A stretch of DNA of 64,000 bases from Eledone cirrhosa (GCA_964016885.1 OZ024743.1:170748001-170812000); one strand, 5' to 3'. Numbered from the stretch's first letter, positions 1 to 12,544 are shown. Numbers and translations are program-made. The notes: generated by a model not told the origin, from the sequence alone.

Positions 1-9
1 TATATATAT

Positions 10-1217
10 ATCATCAACATCATTATTTTACTTCTGCTTTTCCTTGCTTACAAGGGTGGGACGGGTCTTTTTCAGCATAGCATCCTCCATTCGTCATGGT
101 CCTTCGTCATTTCCTCTGAGAGCTTCAGCGATCTAAGGTCAGCTCTCACCACCTTCGCCCATGATTTTTGTGGTCTTCCTCTACTGCGTCTTCCTTCCAC
201 TGGGATTTCTTGGCACTCCTGCGGTCATCTTCCATGCGCATCACATGTCCATACCAATGCAAGTCTTCTCTCCCGTACACTACATTTTATCCCTCTTATA
301 CACAGTTTCTCTCTCAACTCGTCTATGCTTGGTCATTAACGCACAGTGACATTGCACATCCATTGGCGCATGCTTGCTTCATTTCTCTCCAGCTGTCACA
401 TATCCTCCGCAGTTGCTGCCCATGTCTCACTACTATGCAGCATCGCGCATCTCACATAAGCATCATAAAACCGGCCTTTCGTACGCAGGGAGAAACCCTT
501 CTTTGTCAACAGAGGAAGCAGCTCCCTAAACTTCTTCCAACCCGTCCTTATTCTAGATACTATGGCCTCAGAACACCCTCCTCCCATGCTAATCTGATCT
601 CCTAGGTACCGGAAGCTATCCACCACTTCTATAGCGCCCTCTTGCATTTGAAAAATGTGTCTATCAGAGCGACTTCTACTGTCTAATTTCCCTGTACATC
701 TACTGCATACATATTTCTCCCTACCTGTTAGTTTGCCTACTATCCAACTACACCTCTTGTGTACCCAAGATCTGCATTGGAAACAGCAGTCGGAATCAAG
801 AGGACTGAGAGAGAACCTAGTGAAGACTAAAGTGTGGATAAGTAGAAAAGAGGACAAAATTCTGATTCCATCAGGAAAATGGCCATGTTCGATATACAGA
901 AAAGGAGTTGGCATAAATTCTATAGAATGTACACATTCTATAGAATTTATGCCAACTCCTTTTCTGTATATCGAACATGGCCATTTTCCTGATGGAATCA
1001 GAATTTTGTCCTCTTTTCTACTTATCCACACTTTAGTCTTCACTAGGTTCTCTCTCAGTCCTCTTGATTCCGACTGCTGTTTCCATAGCCGGAAATTATT
1101 CTCTAGCTCCTCTACTGATTCTGGTATAAGCACCAGATCGTCAGCATAGAGAAGTTCCCATGGACAGCCAATCTTAAACTCCACTGTTATGGTTTTGGAG
1201 AACTATAATGAATAAGA
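10..1217 (-). mobile_element. RTE-clade LINE, 5'-truncated 3' portion (RT C-terminus with PHD insert, (GAT)n tail)
   Basis: ORF 396..1184(-) has LLYADDLVL, the KTK-equivalent motif, FRYLG and SRIRTGWKKF...LHSSETW. The 3' end gtaaaataatgatgttgatgat abuts (TA)n. Confidence 0.9.
778..1085. repeat. Perfect fold-back palindrome, 153-bp arms, 2-nt centre (931-932)
   Basis: 778-930 is the reverse complement of 933-1085; both strands translate the same KQQSESRG...GKWPCSIYRKG peptide. Confidence 0.95.
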
Positions 1218-1229
1218 GTTTATATTTAA

Positions 1230-2375
1230 GTTAATGAGGTATCGTTTAAGGCAATCTAAGTAGAGGTCACGAATACTCTGTATCGAGGATAGTTCTAACG
1301 TTTGGTGTTGTTTGACTCAACAAGAAGTTTACTTAGTTGTAGTGTTCAGGTAGCTGATTCCAGACAGTTCCTAGGTAAGCGATTCCTGGAGTATCAATAA
1401 TAAAGGAGTGAAGAATAACACAGATCGGCTGTGCAGTAGGGTTTATTCCAAGTATTAACAAATGTTTCATTAGTCCGGTGTGTCTAAAAGCTGCCATCCG
1501 CAATATGCCACGTCACTTGATTTTAATTACAGTTGACACCCAACCAAATTCTCAAAATACTGATTCGGTGTAGATGATAATAAGGAAAGTATAGTGAGAA
1601 GGGATTTTTAGGATAAAGGCATGAAAACATAGTAATAATAACATGAAAAAAAGTGGTGTGAAAAGATAAGATAAAAATAAAAATAAGATTGATGTTGATA
1701 CTGGCTATAGAGGGTGATTGGTGCTGTGTGTGATGGAAGGGATTTGAAGGAGTGTGTCTTTAAAGAAGGAATACTTAATTGCTGCGGGAGTGTCAGTTAC
1801 ACTTGCATCCAATTGGCCAGAAGTTTATTATTTTGTTTTCTATTGACAGGTGGTGTAAGTTATGAAGTGGTGTAGAAAGCTTTCGCTCATACATGATTAA
1901 CCGTTAATTGTGGTAAAGAGGTACAAAAGTGGTTCGCTGGCACTAGCATTGTAGACGTTTTAAATCCAGGGGGTTGTGTTGTTTATATGGATAGTGAGGT
2001 TGCTGGATCGAATTGTGTTTATCGCTGTTTGTAATTTGAAAATTTACTAGCGGCTTTGTGCCTACAGAAAATTGTCCACTCGGTTTTGCTGTTTAGTAGC
2101 GTTTTATTATATTGCAGAATATGGAGTAATTCCATATTACAGAGTCCGCATTGGGACATCCCATTCATGTAGGCTTTGGTGTTTGATAATTTCGACCAAC
2201 TAATTTCATATCCTCGATTATTGTCCTTGAGCTGCCAGATTTTATTGGCCAGCATCATTGTGTTACTGAGCTTCCGGTTCTTTATGGAGTGCCGATGCAC
2301 ATACCAGTATATACTACTACTACCATCACTTACAATGGAGTATGACTTGATAGCATTTATTATGCTTTGTTAAGG
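1230..2375 (-). mobile_element. Penelope-like element 3' fragment (GIY-YIG C-terminus plus pLTR with decayed hammerhead)
   Basis: ORF 2019..2300: LANKIWQLKDNNRGYEISWS...CGLCNME...LLNSKTE...CRHK, typical of the Naiad/Neptune PLE C-terminus. A decayed HHR (ttgttgagtc...accaaacgttag) lies on the minus strand at ~1283-1325. Confidence 0.75.
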
Positions 2376-2409
2376 GATTTAGGTGCCCATGCAGTTATAA
2401 TCAGTTACA

Positions 2410-2465
2410 GACAAAATTCTTTAGCCTCTCTTCTTTGATCAAGTGGAACGTTGTGGATGTAACAG
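2410..2465 (-). CDS. CCDC169: Candidate exon 4 of CCDC169-like gene (3' boundary uncertain)
   Basis: Strong acceptor ctctcttctttcag; phase-1 continuation (G|CT) gives AVTSTTFHLIKEERLKNFV; only weak donors (GTCTGT or GTAACT) precede a TGA. Confidence 0.3.
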
Positions 2466-2702
2466 CTGAAAGAAGAGAGGGTTGAACCAGCATTTGGCTG
2501 AGACTTTCTTTATTAATCCTGATAAGATGAAAAGCAAAATGTTACATGTAAATACATAATGTACATTACTCATGTGTGTACATATCCATAAACCAAACAT
2601 ATATCCTATGGGGTCTGTGTTTCATATCTAGCCTGGGTTTATTATCAGCTTTGAACAGGCCTTCATAAATTTTCGTACCTCACTTTGGTTATTTATCAAG
2701 AA

Positions 2703-2990
2703 GTGGAGGCATGTGAGGTTAGGATGTTAAACTTTTGATCATAATGTTGTGGGTTCAATTCCTGGACTTGGGTTGTATGGTGTGTTCTTGAGCAAAACAC
2801 TTAATTTCATGTTGCTCAAGTATACTCAGCTGAAAATGAGTATCAACATTAGCTGGGGGTTTAACCCTGTGGTGGACTGGCAAACTGTCTAGAGGGGAGT
2901 CTTGTACTCTCAGTCACTTAACACCATGAATACCATGATAAGCACTGGCCTGATGAGCCTCTGAGCTTGAAACAGATTTTAGACTTTTAG
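2703..2990 (+). mobile_element. tRNA-derived SINE (CORE/Meta-like plus V-like domain)
   Basis: B-box gggttcaattcc, then gtgttcttgagcaaaacactt, ccctgtggtggactggc...gggg, and a short repeat tail gattttagacttttag. Confidence 0.65.
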
Positions 2991-3078
2991 ATAGTAGCAG
3001 CATTGAGTTTTCCCTATGTTCCAGCCAAAGGAGTAGTACTACTCATCACATATTAAATATGGTGCAATTTTACACTAC

Positions 3079-3192
3079 CTTCTTTCAGGTTATTTCTTGC
3101 AGTTTCCACTTTCATCGTGAGTGCAAGACCTTGTTGCTGCAACTGGTTGTTAATTTCTTCTTGTGTCTCAAAACGTGTTCGCCATTCATTTC
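3079..3192 (-). CDS. CCDC169: CCDC169-like coiled-coil protein, exon 3
   Basis: Acceptor tgctttag, donor gtagtg. Encodes (G)NEWRTRFETQEEINNQLQQQGLALTMKVETARNNLKE, matching the CCDC169 signature EWKTRYETQ-E-N; phase matches exon 2. Confidence 0.85.
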
Positions 3193-3590
3193 CTAAAGCA
3201 GATAATTACAAAAGACTTGAATATGTTTTAATAGTATAGACTATGATGACCCATAATATATATTAATAGTTACAGACATGTAGAAAATAAGGCTACATAG
3301 AGATAATAAGAATAAAGTCATTGTATCAGATTTCTTATATTTTCCACATACCCAGATTTAGACTTTCATCTGCTGAGGCCCTAAGGTATATTAAATTTGA
3401 AGTCCTAATTATTGATGATTTAGTGTTAAAGAATAAAAACTAATGATAAAATAAAAATATATTTCAAAACAAGAGTGTATGGCCCTAAGCTATAATTTAT
3501 TTAGTGTATAGATAAATCCAACAGATTTCCACATACCACCAGAAAGGTCCTAATGTTACTAGAATTTTAAATAGTTGAATAGTATGTGTT

Positions 3591-3968
3591 TGTAGCGACC
3601 TACATTCCGCGGGCTCACATACATTCTCTATGCGTGATTTGGCCCAGTTCAGCCAATCAGCGCCAGTAGAAGAGGATGTATCCCTACGCGCCCTGGGGAA
3701 GAAATTCCCCGCGAAGATTTGAAGAATCTCTCTCTTGTACCGGAAACTTCAAGCCAGCAACACGCATAATGTAACGGTGAGATATTGCACCCTAGCCTCG
3801 CCGGCTTAACGGCGCGATGGCACATTCCCTTTTGTAACCTCTTTTTATCTGTAACTTCAACCATATAAGTTAACAAACATTGTCTGTACTACATCAAAAA
3901 TAAACATACATTTCATCTCTAATTACTGCTGTTGAAATCATTATTATGTTACTCGTGTCTCAATAACA
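3591..3968 (+). mobile_element. LTR (TG...CA) with PBS-like remnants downstream
   Basis: Starts TGTAGCG, contains CCAAT and AATAAA (~3899), ends caataaca; tggcgacc PBS-like motifs at ~3992 and 4141. Confidence 0.55.
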
Positions 3969-4702
3969 TCTATAATCCATGCTGCTGGAATTGGCGACCT
4001 GACGAAAGGAATATTGTAAATAGATGGTAAATAGATCGAGGGACCTTCCCTCACGTTTATGTCGACAAGATAATCCAACGAGGATACTATCACTTACCAC
4101 ACTGGCAACTAACGACCTTCAATCATCTACCCTGTTAAAGTGGCGACCACGACTACTTAATAATACTGCTAAATGTTCTTAGACCATTGATGAAGTCTCA
4201 ATAACATCTATAATGCATGCAACGAAGAATAACAAGTTCCAAATTACAAAATTAATAAAAGTCAGGTTTACATAAATGCATTTGTAGAAAAAAATATTAT
4301 AGATGTTTGTGTTTGAGTAATTTATGAGTTGTGATAAAACAGTTTTATTATCATACCTGACCTGGTGGAAAGAGATACAGTTATTTAGCAACTAATTTAG
4401 ATAAAACAAGCATTGTATTGAGACTAACTGAAAGAGTGTAGAAATATCATTTCTTCTCTATGGTGAGTTCTGTTTGAAGGACTAAGAACAACTTTATGTA
4501 GGCAAACTGGCTGCCAGAATACTGTTTTTTGTTGTTCTGAATATCATCATCATCATCATCATTTTACGTCCGCTTTTCCCTGAACGACTTCATTTAACTG
4601 CATTAGATCACTGCAGACTGTTTGTTTGTGTATACTATAGTGAATTGTTTAGGTGTTTTAATAAAAGTTTATAGGTAATTTCTATGATATAAAGCAACAT
4701 AC

Positions 4703-4785
4703 CTTCATCTTGTATTGTTTCTGAACGTTGTTCAAGTTCTTTGACAGTTGTAAGTAATTCTTGCAGAGAATTATCCAACATGTTT
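4703..4785 (-). CDS. CCDC169: CCDC169-like, exon 2
   Basis: Acceptor tttgacag, donor gtatgt; 83 nt, phase 2 in and phase 1 out; encodes (K)NMLDNSLQELLTTVKELEQRSETIQDE(G). Confidence 0.85.
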
Positions 4786-5462
4786 CTGTCAAATATATTG
4801 TTAGGGTTCATTAATATTGAGTTTATCTCTTAAATACTAATCAAACATATTCACAAACCAACAAGAAACAAACAAGCATTTTTGTACAACAAATATAAAT
4901 GAAAGAAAGAACACTGTCACAAAGAAGAAAAAAACTGAACGTTTTGTTGTTTAAAACAATTATTTCATTATCATTATAAGTTGTATATGAACATTGATCT
5001 TTTCTGTATCATTTGCCTGCATGTACAAACACATTTTGCATCGACTTATATTACATTGAAATGCATTATTAACAAAAAAAAAATTAGCGGTAAATTATTC
5101 CATGTACACATCATGCGTTATAATTTTGTTTTTTCACTGTGTCTCAAAATTTGTATTTTGCACATAAATCCTCCTGGATTCTGATTGGGTGACACAATCT
5201 TCAAAAATTTGCCTGTATTCTGGAGCGTTACGAATGGCCATTATACGTCTTCTGCGTTTGTTTGCCATCCAATTTGATTTAAAGGCAACGCCCTTTTGAA
5301 AAATATAAGAAAAAATTTTTTTTAATTTTTTTCTTATTTTTTTATCCTCTCTGACAACGAAAGAGAATATCATTATTTTTCTTTTTGTTTTTTCCATTGG
5401 ATTCCTTTTGGCCTGCATTTTCCTGTTATTTTCTATTGCTTACGGGTATACCATAATTCACG

Positions 5463-6311
5463 ATGGGTAGCACCTCATTGCCAGCGTTTGCCGGCGATGT
5501 CAATGTTTGGTTCGCACAGATAGAGTTGCACTTTACTGCGAACAACATTACGTCTGAAGTCAGACAACTACACATGCTTTTGAGTGCTTTCCCGGCGTCA
5601 TTGACGACAGTTGTTAAAGATCTAATAACTGATCCTGCCTCTGGAGCCTCCTATGAGAGCGTAAAACGCAAGGTTTTGCGGCGGACCACGTTGTCCGCGG
5701 AGAAGAAATTCCAGACACTCATCAATGACGAACAATTGGGTGATCGGACGCCCACACAGCTTCTGCATCGCATGAGAGAGCTGGCGGAAGACACCCCAGC
5801 TGACAGCACCCTCCTTAGACAGTTTTTCTTTTCAAGGCTGCCGCCCGGTGTTCAAGCGGTTTTAGCACCTATGATGGAGACTACCACAGTCGACCAGCTA
5901 GCGGCTTCGGCCGACAAAATTATAAGTTTCACTGGAAACCCTGCCTCCTATGTTGCACCTCAGCCACCGGCTGCGGTCTCTTCGTTCTCTCCTGCCTCCT
6001 TCGTTGCACCTCAGCCACCAGCTGCGGTCTCTTCGTTCTCTCCAGCAGCTGCCATCCACACTGATCACTCACTTGCGTCTGTGGCAATACTTCAAGCCAT
6101 AGAGCAACTCATCAAAGAGGTGAGAAAATTGAGTACCTCCAGGGCTCAATCGCCCAGACGTCGCTTCCAGAGCCGTTCGCCCTCGCCACGCCGCTGCCAC
6201 ACAAACAAGCCAGGACTGTGCTACTATCACAGCCGTTTTGGCGCGGCAGCACGCTCTTGTAAACAGCCCTGTTCGTTTTCCCTCCAGGGAAACAGATTTC
6301 AGGAGACCTGA
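5463..6311 (+). CDS. gag: Gypsy/Ty3 gag, intact
   Basis: 282-aa ORF with WFAQIE..F, LGDRTPTQLL..MR, FFSRLP and the zinc knuckle CYYHSRFGAAARSCKQPC. Confidence 0.9.
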   Translation: MGSTSLPAFAGDVNVWFAQIELHFTANNITSEVRQLHMLLSAFPASLTTVVKDLITDPASGASYESVKRKVLRRTTLSAEKKFQTLINDEQLGDRTPTQLLHRMRELAEDTPADSTLLRQFFFSRLPPGVQAVLAPMMETTTVDQLAASADKIISFTGNPASYVAPQPPAAVSSFSPASFVAPQPPAAVSSFSPAAAIHTDHSLASVAILQAIEQLIKEVRKLSTSRAQSPRRRFQSRSPSPRRCHTNKPGLCYYHSRFGAAARSCKQPCSFSLQGNRFQET

Positions 6312-9300
6312 GCACGGCACAGTCTCCTCTGACACTCCCAAATAATCGTGCGTTCTTCATAACTGACACGTTTTCCCAAGCTCGATATCTAGTGGATACA
6401 GGCGCTGCTTGCAGCATATGGCCGCTAAAACTTCTCAAAGAGAAGCCGCCAGTTTCATCCATTTCTCTGCAAGCCATAAATCATTCTCCTATCTCCACAT
6501 ATGGTCAGATTTCTCGTTCTTTGAACCTGGAATTGCGAAGAGACTTCACGTGGATTTTCAGTCGCTGATTTGCCTTACCCTATTCTAGGCTCAGATTTCC
6601 TGCACCACTATAACCTCTTAGTGGATATGCACAGACACCGGTTGTTGGATGCTAATACGGAACTCTCCGTTCCGGGTTTGAGATCTACTGTCTCATCTAT
6701 CAGCCCGGTATTCTTCATCGCCGCTTCAGAGGACCCTTTCCAGTCGCTTCTAAATTCCTTCCCAGAATTGACAAATTTGAATTTTGTGGTGAGCATTATA
6801 ACATTATAACATTATATCGAAACTTCTGGCGCTCCTGTATTTTCTCGCCCTCGCCGCCTCCCTGCGGAGAAATTGAAAGCAGCGAAGGCTGAATTTAACC
6901 ACATGCTACAGCTGGGGATCATACGCCCATCCTCAAGTCCGTGGGCCGCTCCTTTGCATTTGGTTCCGAAGCGTTCCAGTGATTGGCGTCCCACTGGGGA
7001 CTTTCGCCGGTTAAACGCGATGACGGTACCCGATCACTACCCGATCCCACACATACAAGATTTCGCGTCTTCGCTTCATGGTTGTAAGACATTCTCTAAA
7101 TTGGATTTGGTCAAGGCTTACCACCAGATTCCAATGAACCCAGCAGATATACCTAAAACTGCCGTAACAACTCCTTTCGGAGCGTTCGAATTTCTGGCTA
7201 TGCCTTTCGGTTTGCGAAACGCAGCCAGTACTTTCCAACGTTTCATGGATGAAGTTGTGCGCAATTTGGACTTCGTGTATAACTACATTGATGACATTCT
7301 CGTGGCAAGTGCCTCACCCGAGGAACATGTCACTCACCTCCGTCTACTGTTTTTAGCTGTTTCAGCAGTATCAAGTACGAATTAACCCGGCGAAATGTGT
7401 TTTCGGTGCGTCTTCACTTGTCTTCTTGAGCCATGTCATCAGCCCAGAGGGAATATCACCACTACCTGACAAAGTGAAAGCTCTGCAAGACCTTCAACCA
7501 CCCACTTCACTTCGCCAGCTACGACATTTCCTTGGTCTGCTGAACTACTACAGACGTTTTATCCCACACTGTGCGGATCTCCTGTCTCCTTTATCCGACG
7601 TAACAGGAAAATGAATCCATCACACTGGACACAAGTCAGCTAAAAGCCTTCAACGAAGTGAAGCAGAAAATCGCGGAGATATCACTGCTTGCACATCCTG
7701 TGTCTGGTGCCCAGTTTTCACTGGTCGTTGATGCATCGGGCACAGCTGTAGGTGCAGTTTTGCAACAGCATCACCAACAACAACTACAACCTCTCATGTA
7801 CTTCTCGAGACTACTGAAACCGGCAGAAACACGATATAGCATGTTTGGCCGTGAACTCCTGGCTATGTACCTCTCAGTGAAACACTTTCGGCATGCACTG
7901 GAGGGTCGGCAATTTGCGATCTACACCGATCATCGTCCGCTTACGTTCGCACTGCGTTCTAAGCCGGATAAATATTCACCTCGCGAAACTCGTCATTTGG
8001 ACTTAGTTTCGCAATTTACCAGCGATATCCGACGCATCTCCGGTGAGCAGAATGCGGCAGCAGATACCTTGTCTCGCCTCCCAATCAATTCCCTGTCATC
8101 ACCTCAACCACCCCTGGACACCTTGGATCTTTCGTCTCCTGATATTTGCAACTGGCAAATTTTCATATCAACCTGTGCCCACTTCGGACACACAGATTAT
8201 TTGTGACACCTCGACGGATTCACCTCGTCCTCTAGTTCCAGGGACTCATCGTCGAGCAGTTTTCAAAACCTTGCACGGTCTAGCACACCCTGGAATATCT
8301 ACCACAGTGAAGCTCATTTCGGCTAGATTCTTCTGGCCGAATATGAGGCGTGACATCACTGCCTGGATACGTTCCTGCTTGTCCTGCCAGAAATCAAAGG
8401 TGCACAAACACATCCGCGCACCTCTCAGAACTTTCAACACTCCAGAAGCTCGGTTCAGTCATGTCCATATAGATCTCGTTGGACTATGGCCAGTCAGCCA
8501 AGGATTTACCTATCTCCTGACCTGTATTGATCGCTTCACACGTTGGCCTGAAGCCATAGCTTTAAGTAACATTTTGGCGGAATCTGTAGCGCGAGCTCTA
8601 GTATCGGGTTGGATATCGAGTTACGGAGTTCCAACCACTGTCACCACGGACCGTGGTGGACAGTTTGAGTCCCATCTCTTCCGAGAACTTTCAAGGATCC
8701 TGGGAATTAAGCGCATCCGAACGACTAGCTATCATCCAGCTTCGAACGGAATGATAGAGCGCTTCCACCGCCAATTGAAAGCCGCATTGCGCGCTTATCC
8801 GGATCAACAGCAATGGAGCAAGTATGTACCAATTGTCCTTCTTGGCTGTCGTGCAGCTATCAAGGAGGATCTAGGATACTCCCCAGCTGAACCTATATCT
8901 TTGCCGGGTCAGATGTTGACCCCAATGGATTTACCTGAAACAGATCCAGCTCTGTATGTAAACAGACTGCGATCTTATTTTGACAATCTTCCACCTATGA
9001 ACCCTCGGCAACAGACAATAAAGTCTTCAGTCCCAAAAGACATTGCTTCACGTCACCTTATACCGGTCCTTATCGTGTGCTTGCACGCACAGATAAACTG
9101 TTCACTCTGGACATTGGTGGTAAAAAAGAGACTGTACCAATCGATAGGGTGAAACGGGCCTTTACAGACACTCTCACACAAGAGCCCCATATTCCCCCTA
9201 CATATACTCTGCATCAGCCAACACACGCTACACATGCAACATTGCACACACCTTCTCCACCTACACCTACATATGTCACCACCACACGTAGTGGTCGCCG

Positions 9301-9343
9301 AGTACATTGGCCCAAGAAGCTTTGCAAGACTCTATATATATGA
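6287..9343 (+). pseudogene. pol: Gypsy pol (PR-RT-RNaseH-IN), frameshifted; -1 slippery site G GGA AAC at 6287-6293
   Basis: The -1 frame gives YLVDTGAACS (protease). Later: YIDDIL (RT), DASGTAVGAVL/RELLA (RNase H), HGLAHPG..C..C and DDE-region motifs HIDLVG/TDRGGQF/ERFHR (integrase), C-terminal TRSGRRV. Confidence 0.92.
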
Positions 9344-9612
9344 ACTATGCAATATAGAGCAAGGTTTTTGAGTTCTTGTCCTCTCTTGTATTTATATTAA
9401 ATGCATTAATTAATGTGAACTTTGGACTATTTCTGCTGCTCAGTTTTTTTTCTTATTTTCCTCTTTTTCTCTGAAGCAAAACGTAGACATTCCTGAGAAA
9501 TGAATATTTAGTTTTCTATGAATTGATATTGTTTATTATATATTTACTGGTATATTTTTTTTTTCTTTCTTGCAACTGCTACCTTTTTTTCTGTCGGCTA
9601 AGCAGGGGGTGA

Positions 9613-9948
9613 TGTAGCAGTAAATAAATATATACTTACTTTGTAATTAAATGTATTTTCCTTCTGCGGAATAATTATTTTATGGAGGTAAATTGGCTGA
9701 AGTGTGAGCCAATCAAAACCTTCGGCGGAGCGATACGAGTTACTGGACTATTTAGACCAGATAACGTAAGTGAACTCAGAGAGAATTGAGTCTCCGGAAA
9801 TACTTGCTCGCGTCAACACGTCAATTCTTCGATACAGATCAACCTTTTCTTGTCGTTATACAAATTCTATGCTTATTCCACAAATAAACGGAATTACATA
9901 TTTATAATGGATTTCGTCATTATTTTATGCCTTCTGAATCTACTAACA
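9613..9948 (+). mobile_element. Gypsy 3' LTR
   Basis: Follows a PPT (agcagggggtga); TGTAG...ctaaCA; contains CCAAT and AATAAA. No matching 5' LTR is seen upstream of gag. Confidence 0.75.
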
Positions 9949-9959
9949 CTTGCAGCGAC

Positions 9960-12115
9960 TAATAATCTTCATTACAGAGTCATATGACATAGCTAATAAC
10001 TGGGATTTCTTACGTGACAACTTACTGCAGGCTACTGATGAAACTTGTGGCTGGAGCAGAGCTCCAACCAGACAGAGAGTGACCTGGTGGTGGAACAGCA
10101 CAGTAGATAGGGCCATTAGAGACAAAAGCATGGAAGGCTTGGAAAAAAGGGTGGGAGTCGAGAAGGATATACAGCCGCTAAGAAAGAAGCTAGATGTCAG
10201 GTGTACTTAGCACTCAGGGAGGCTGAGAGTAGGAGGTTTGCCAATGTTCTGCGACGGGAAGATCAGAGGCATGCGGTGTTCCACATTGCAAGGCAGTGTG
10301 TCAATGCAAATCAGGATGTTGTTGGAGATAAATATGTCTGGAATGATGCCGGTGTAATGATCAGAAAAAGGAGGCCTGGAAATGTCATTATGAAAGACTG
10401 ATGAATGTGGAGAACGAATAGGAGAGAGAGAAATTACCCTTATTAGATTTGACAGAGGGACCAGCTATTGAGATTGACTAATATAGGGTCCAAGAGGCGA
10501 TTAAGGAAATGAAAAATAGTAAGGCTGCTGGACCGTCGGGGATAGTTGCTGAGATGTTGAAGGCATCAGGGGACGTAGGCACTAAAATGGTTGCACGCAT
10601 CATCAATCAGGCTATATATGGTGGTGTCATACCCAAAGACTGGTGCAGCAGTATTCTCATAAATTGCTACAAAGGTAAAGGGGATGCTCTGGAGAGGAGC
10701 AATTATAGGAGTATAAAACTGATGGATCAGGTTATGAAAGTGTCAGAAAGGATATTAGCACCACTAATTAGAGAAAGGGTCAAACTAGATGAGATGCAGT
10801 TTGGTTTTGTGCCTGGGAAAAGTACAACAGATGCCCTCTTCTTGGTGAGACAATTACAAGAGAAGTTCTTAGAGAAGAATAAGCCACTATACCTAGCCTT
10901 TGTTGACCTAGAGAAGGCTTTTGATAGGGTACCCCAATCTGTCATCTAGTGGTCCCTAAGGAAACTAGGTGTTGAGGAATGGCTTGTGAGGACAGTGCAA
11001 ACTTTGTACAGAGGTGCTGTCAGTATCAGGGTAGGAATGGAGTTTAGTGAAGAATTCCAGATACAAGTAGGAGTACATCAAGGTTCGGTCCTCAGCCCAC
11101 TCTTGTTCATTATAGTCCTCCAAGCCATAACAGAGGAGTTTAAGACTGGCTGTCCATGGGAACTTCTCTATGCTGACGATCTGGTTCTTATAGCAGAATC
11201 AGTAGAGGAGCTAGAGAATAAATTCTGGCTATGGAAACAGAAGTTGTAAGCAAGAGGACTGAGAGTGAACATAGCTAAGACAAAAGTGTTGATGAATAGA
11301 AAAGAGAACAAAACTCTGATTCCGTCAGGGAAATGGCCATGTTCGATATGTAGGAAAGGAACTGGCATAAATTCTATAAAATGTACACAATGCAGATCTT
11401 GGGTACACAAGAGATGTAGTGGGATAGCAGGCAAACTAACAGGTACGGATAAATATGTATGCAGTAGATGTACAGGGAAATTAGACAGTAGAAGTCGCAT
11501 TGATAGACACATTTTTCAAATGCAGGCGGGTGCTTTAGAAGTGGTGGATAGCTTCCGGTACCTAGGAGATCAGATTAGCATGGGAGGGGGTGTTCTGAGG
11601 CCATAGTATCTAGAATAAGGACGGGTTGGAAGAAGTTTAGGGAGCTGCTTCCTCTGCTGACGAAGAAGGGTTTCTCCCTGCGTACGAAAGGCCGGTTATA
11701 TGATGCCTGTGTGAGGAGCGCGATGCTGCATGGTAGTGAGACTTGGGCAGCAACTGCGGAGGATATGCGACGGCTGGAGAGAAATGAGGCAAGCATGCTC
11801 CGTTGGGTGTGCAATGTCAATGTGCGTGAACGACCCAGCATGGATGTGTTGAGGGAGAAACTGTGTCTGAGAGGGATAGAATGTAGTGTGCGAGAGATGA
11901 GACTGCGGTGGGATGACTGATGGGTGAAGGAAGACGTGGTAGAGGTAGACCACGAAAAACATGGGTGGAGGTGGTGAGAACAAACCTCAGATCGCTGAAG
12001 CTCACGGCAGAGATAAAGAAGGACCGTGACAAGTGGAGAGATGCTGTGCTGAATAAGACCCAACCCACCCTTGCAAGCAGTGAAAAGCAGACGTAAAATG
12101 ATGATGATGATATAA
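9960..12115 (+). mobile_element. RTE LINE, 5'-truncated, disabled
   Basis: ORFs 10509..10949, 10986..11249 and 11265..11606 carry RT motifs (KAAGPSG, QFGF, FVDLEKAFD, GVHQGSVLSP, YADD) and a PHD; (GAT)n tail at ~12099-12110. Confidence 0.92.
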
Positions 12116-12119
12116 TCAT

Positions 12120-12320
12120 CATCAACATCACTGTTTAATGTTAATTTTTCGATGTTAGCATGGGTTAGATGAGTTGCCCCATTGTGAGACAAGCCAGGCC
12201 AGATGACCATGTTTTGCTCATACAGAACTGGTTAGGGTTTGGATTCTACGGCTAGATGTCCTTCCTAACACCAACCATATTTACAGTGTGTGGTGCGTGC
12301 TTTTTTGCCGTGACACCTAA
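12120..12320 (-). mobile_element. RTE-tailed SINE-like element (also 46430-46660 + and ~55880-56100 +)
   Basis: Shared motif ggtgttaggaagg(g)catc.agccgtagaa...cccatgctaac/gcgtggaaaatggacgttaaatgatgatg. Confidence 0.6.
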
Positions 12321-12544
12321 ACGACCACTTTAAAGTGGACGTGGGTGATGGGCGAAGTGTTCAGGTGTTGGTGGAGAGTTCTGATGTGTGTGGAATGACA
12401 TGGGAGGTGCAAGAGAGGGAGGGGTGTGGATGAAGGGAGAGGTGTTATGATATGGAGGTGTATGGAAAGGAGAGGGGAAGGTAGTGAATACAAGATGTAT
12501 GCTTCAACCCATATATATGGCAAGGTGCGTCTTCTGTATTACTG

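Noticed and set aside
2945-2980. CTGATGAG...GAAAC hammerhead-like string
   Set aside because: No stem I or stem III partner; it lies in the standard 3' part of a V-domain-type SINE.
3591-3968. 5' LTR of the Gypsy at 5463-9948
   Set aside because: Its sequence does not match the 3' LTR, and host exon 2 lies between them.
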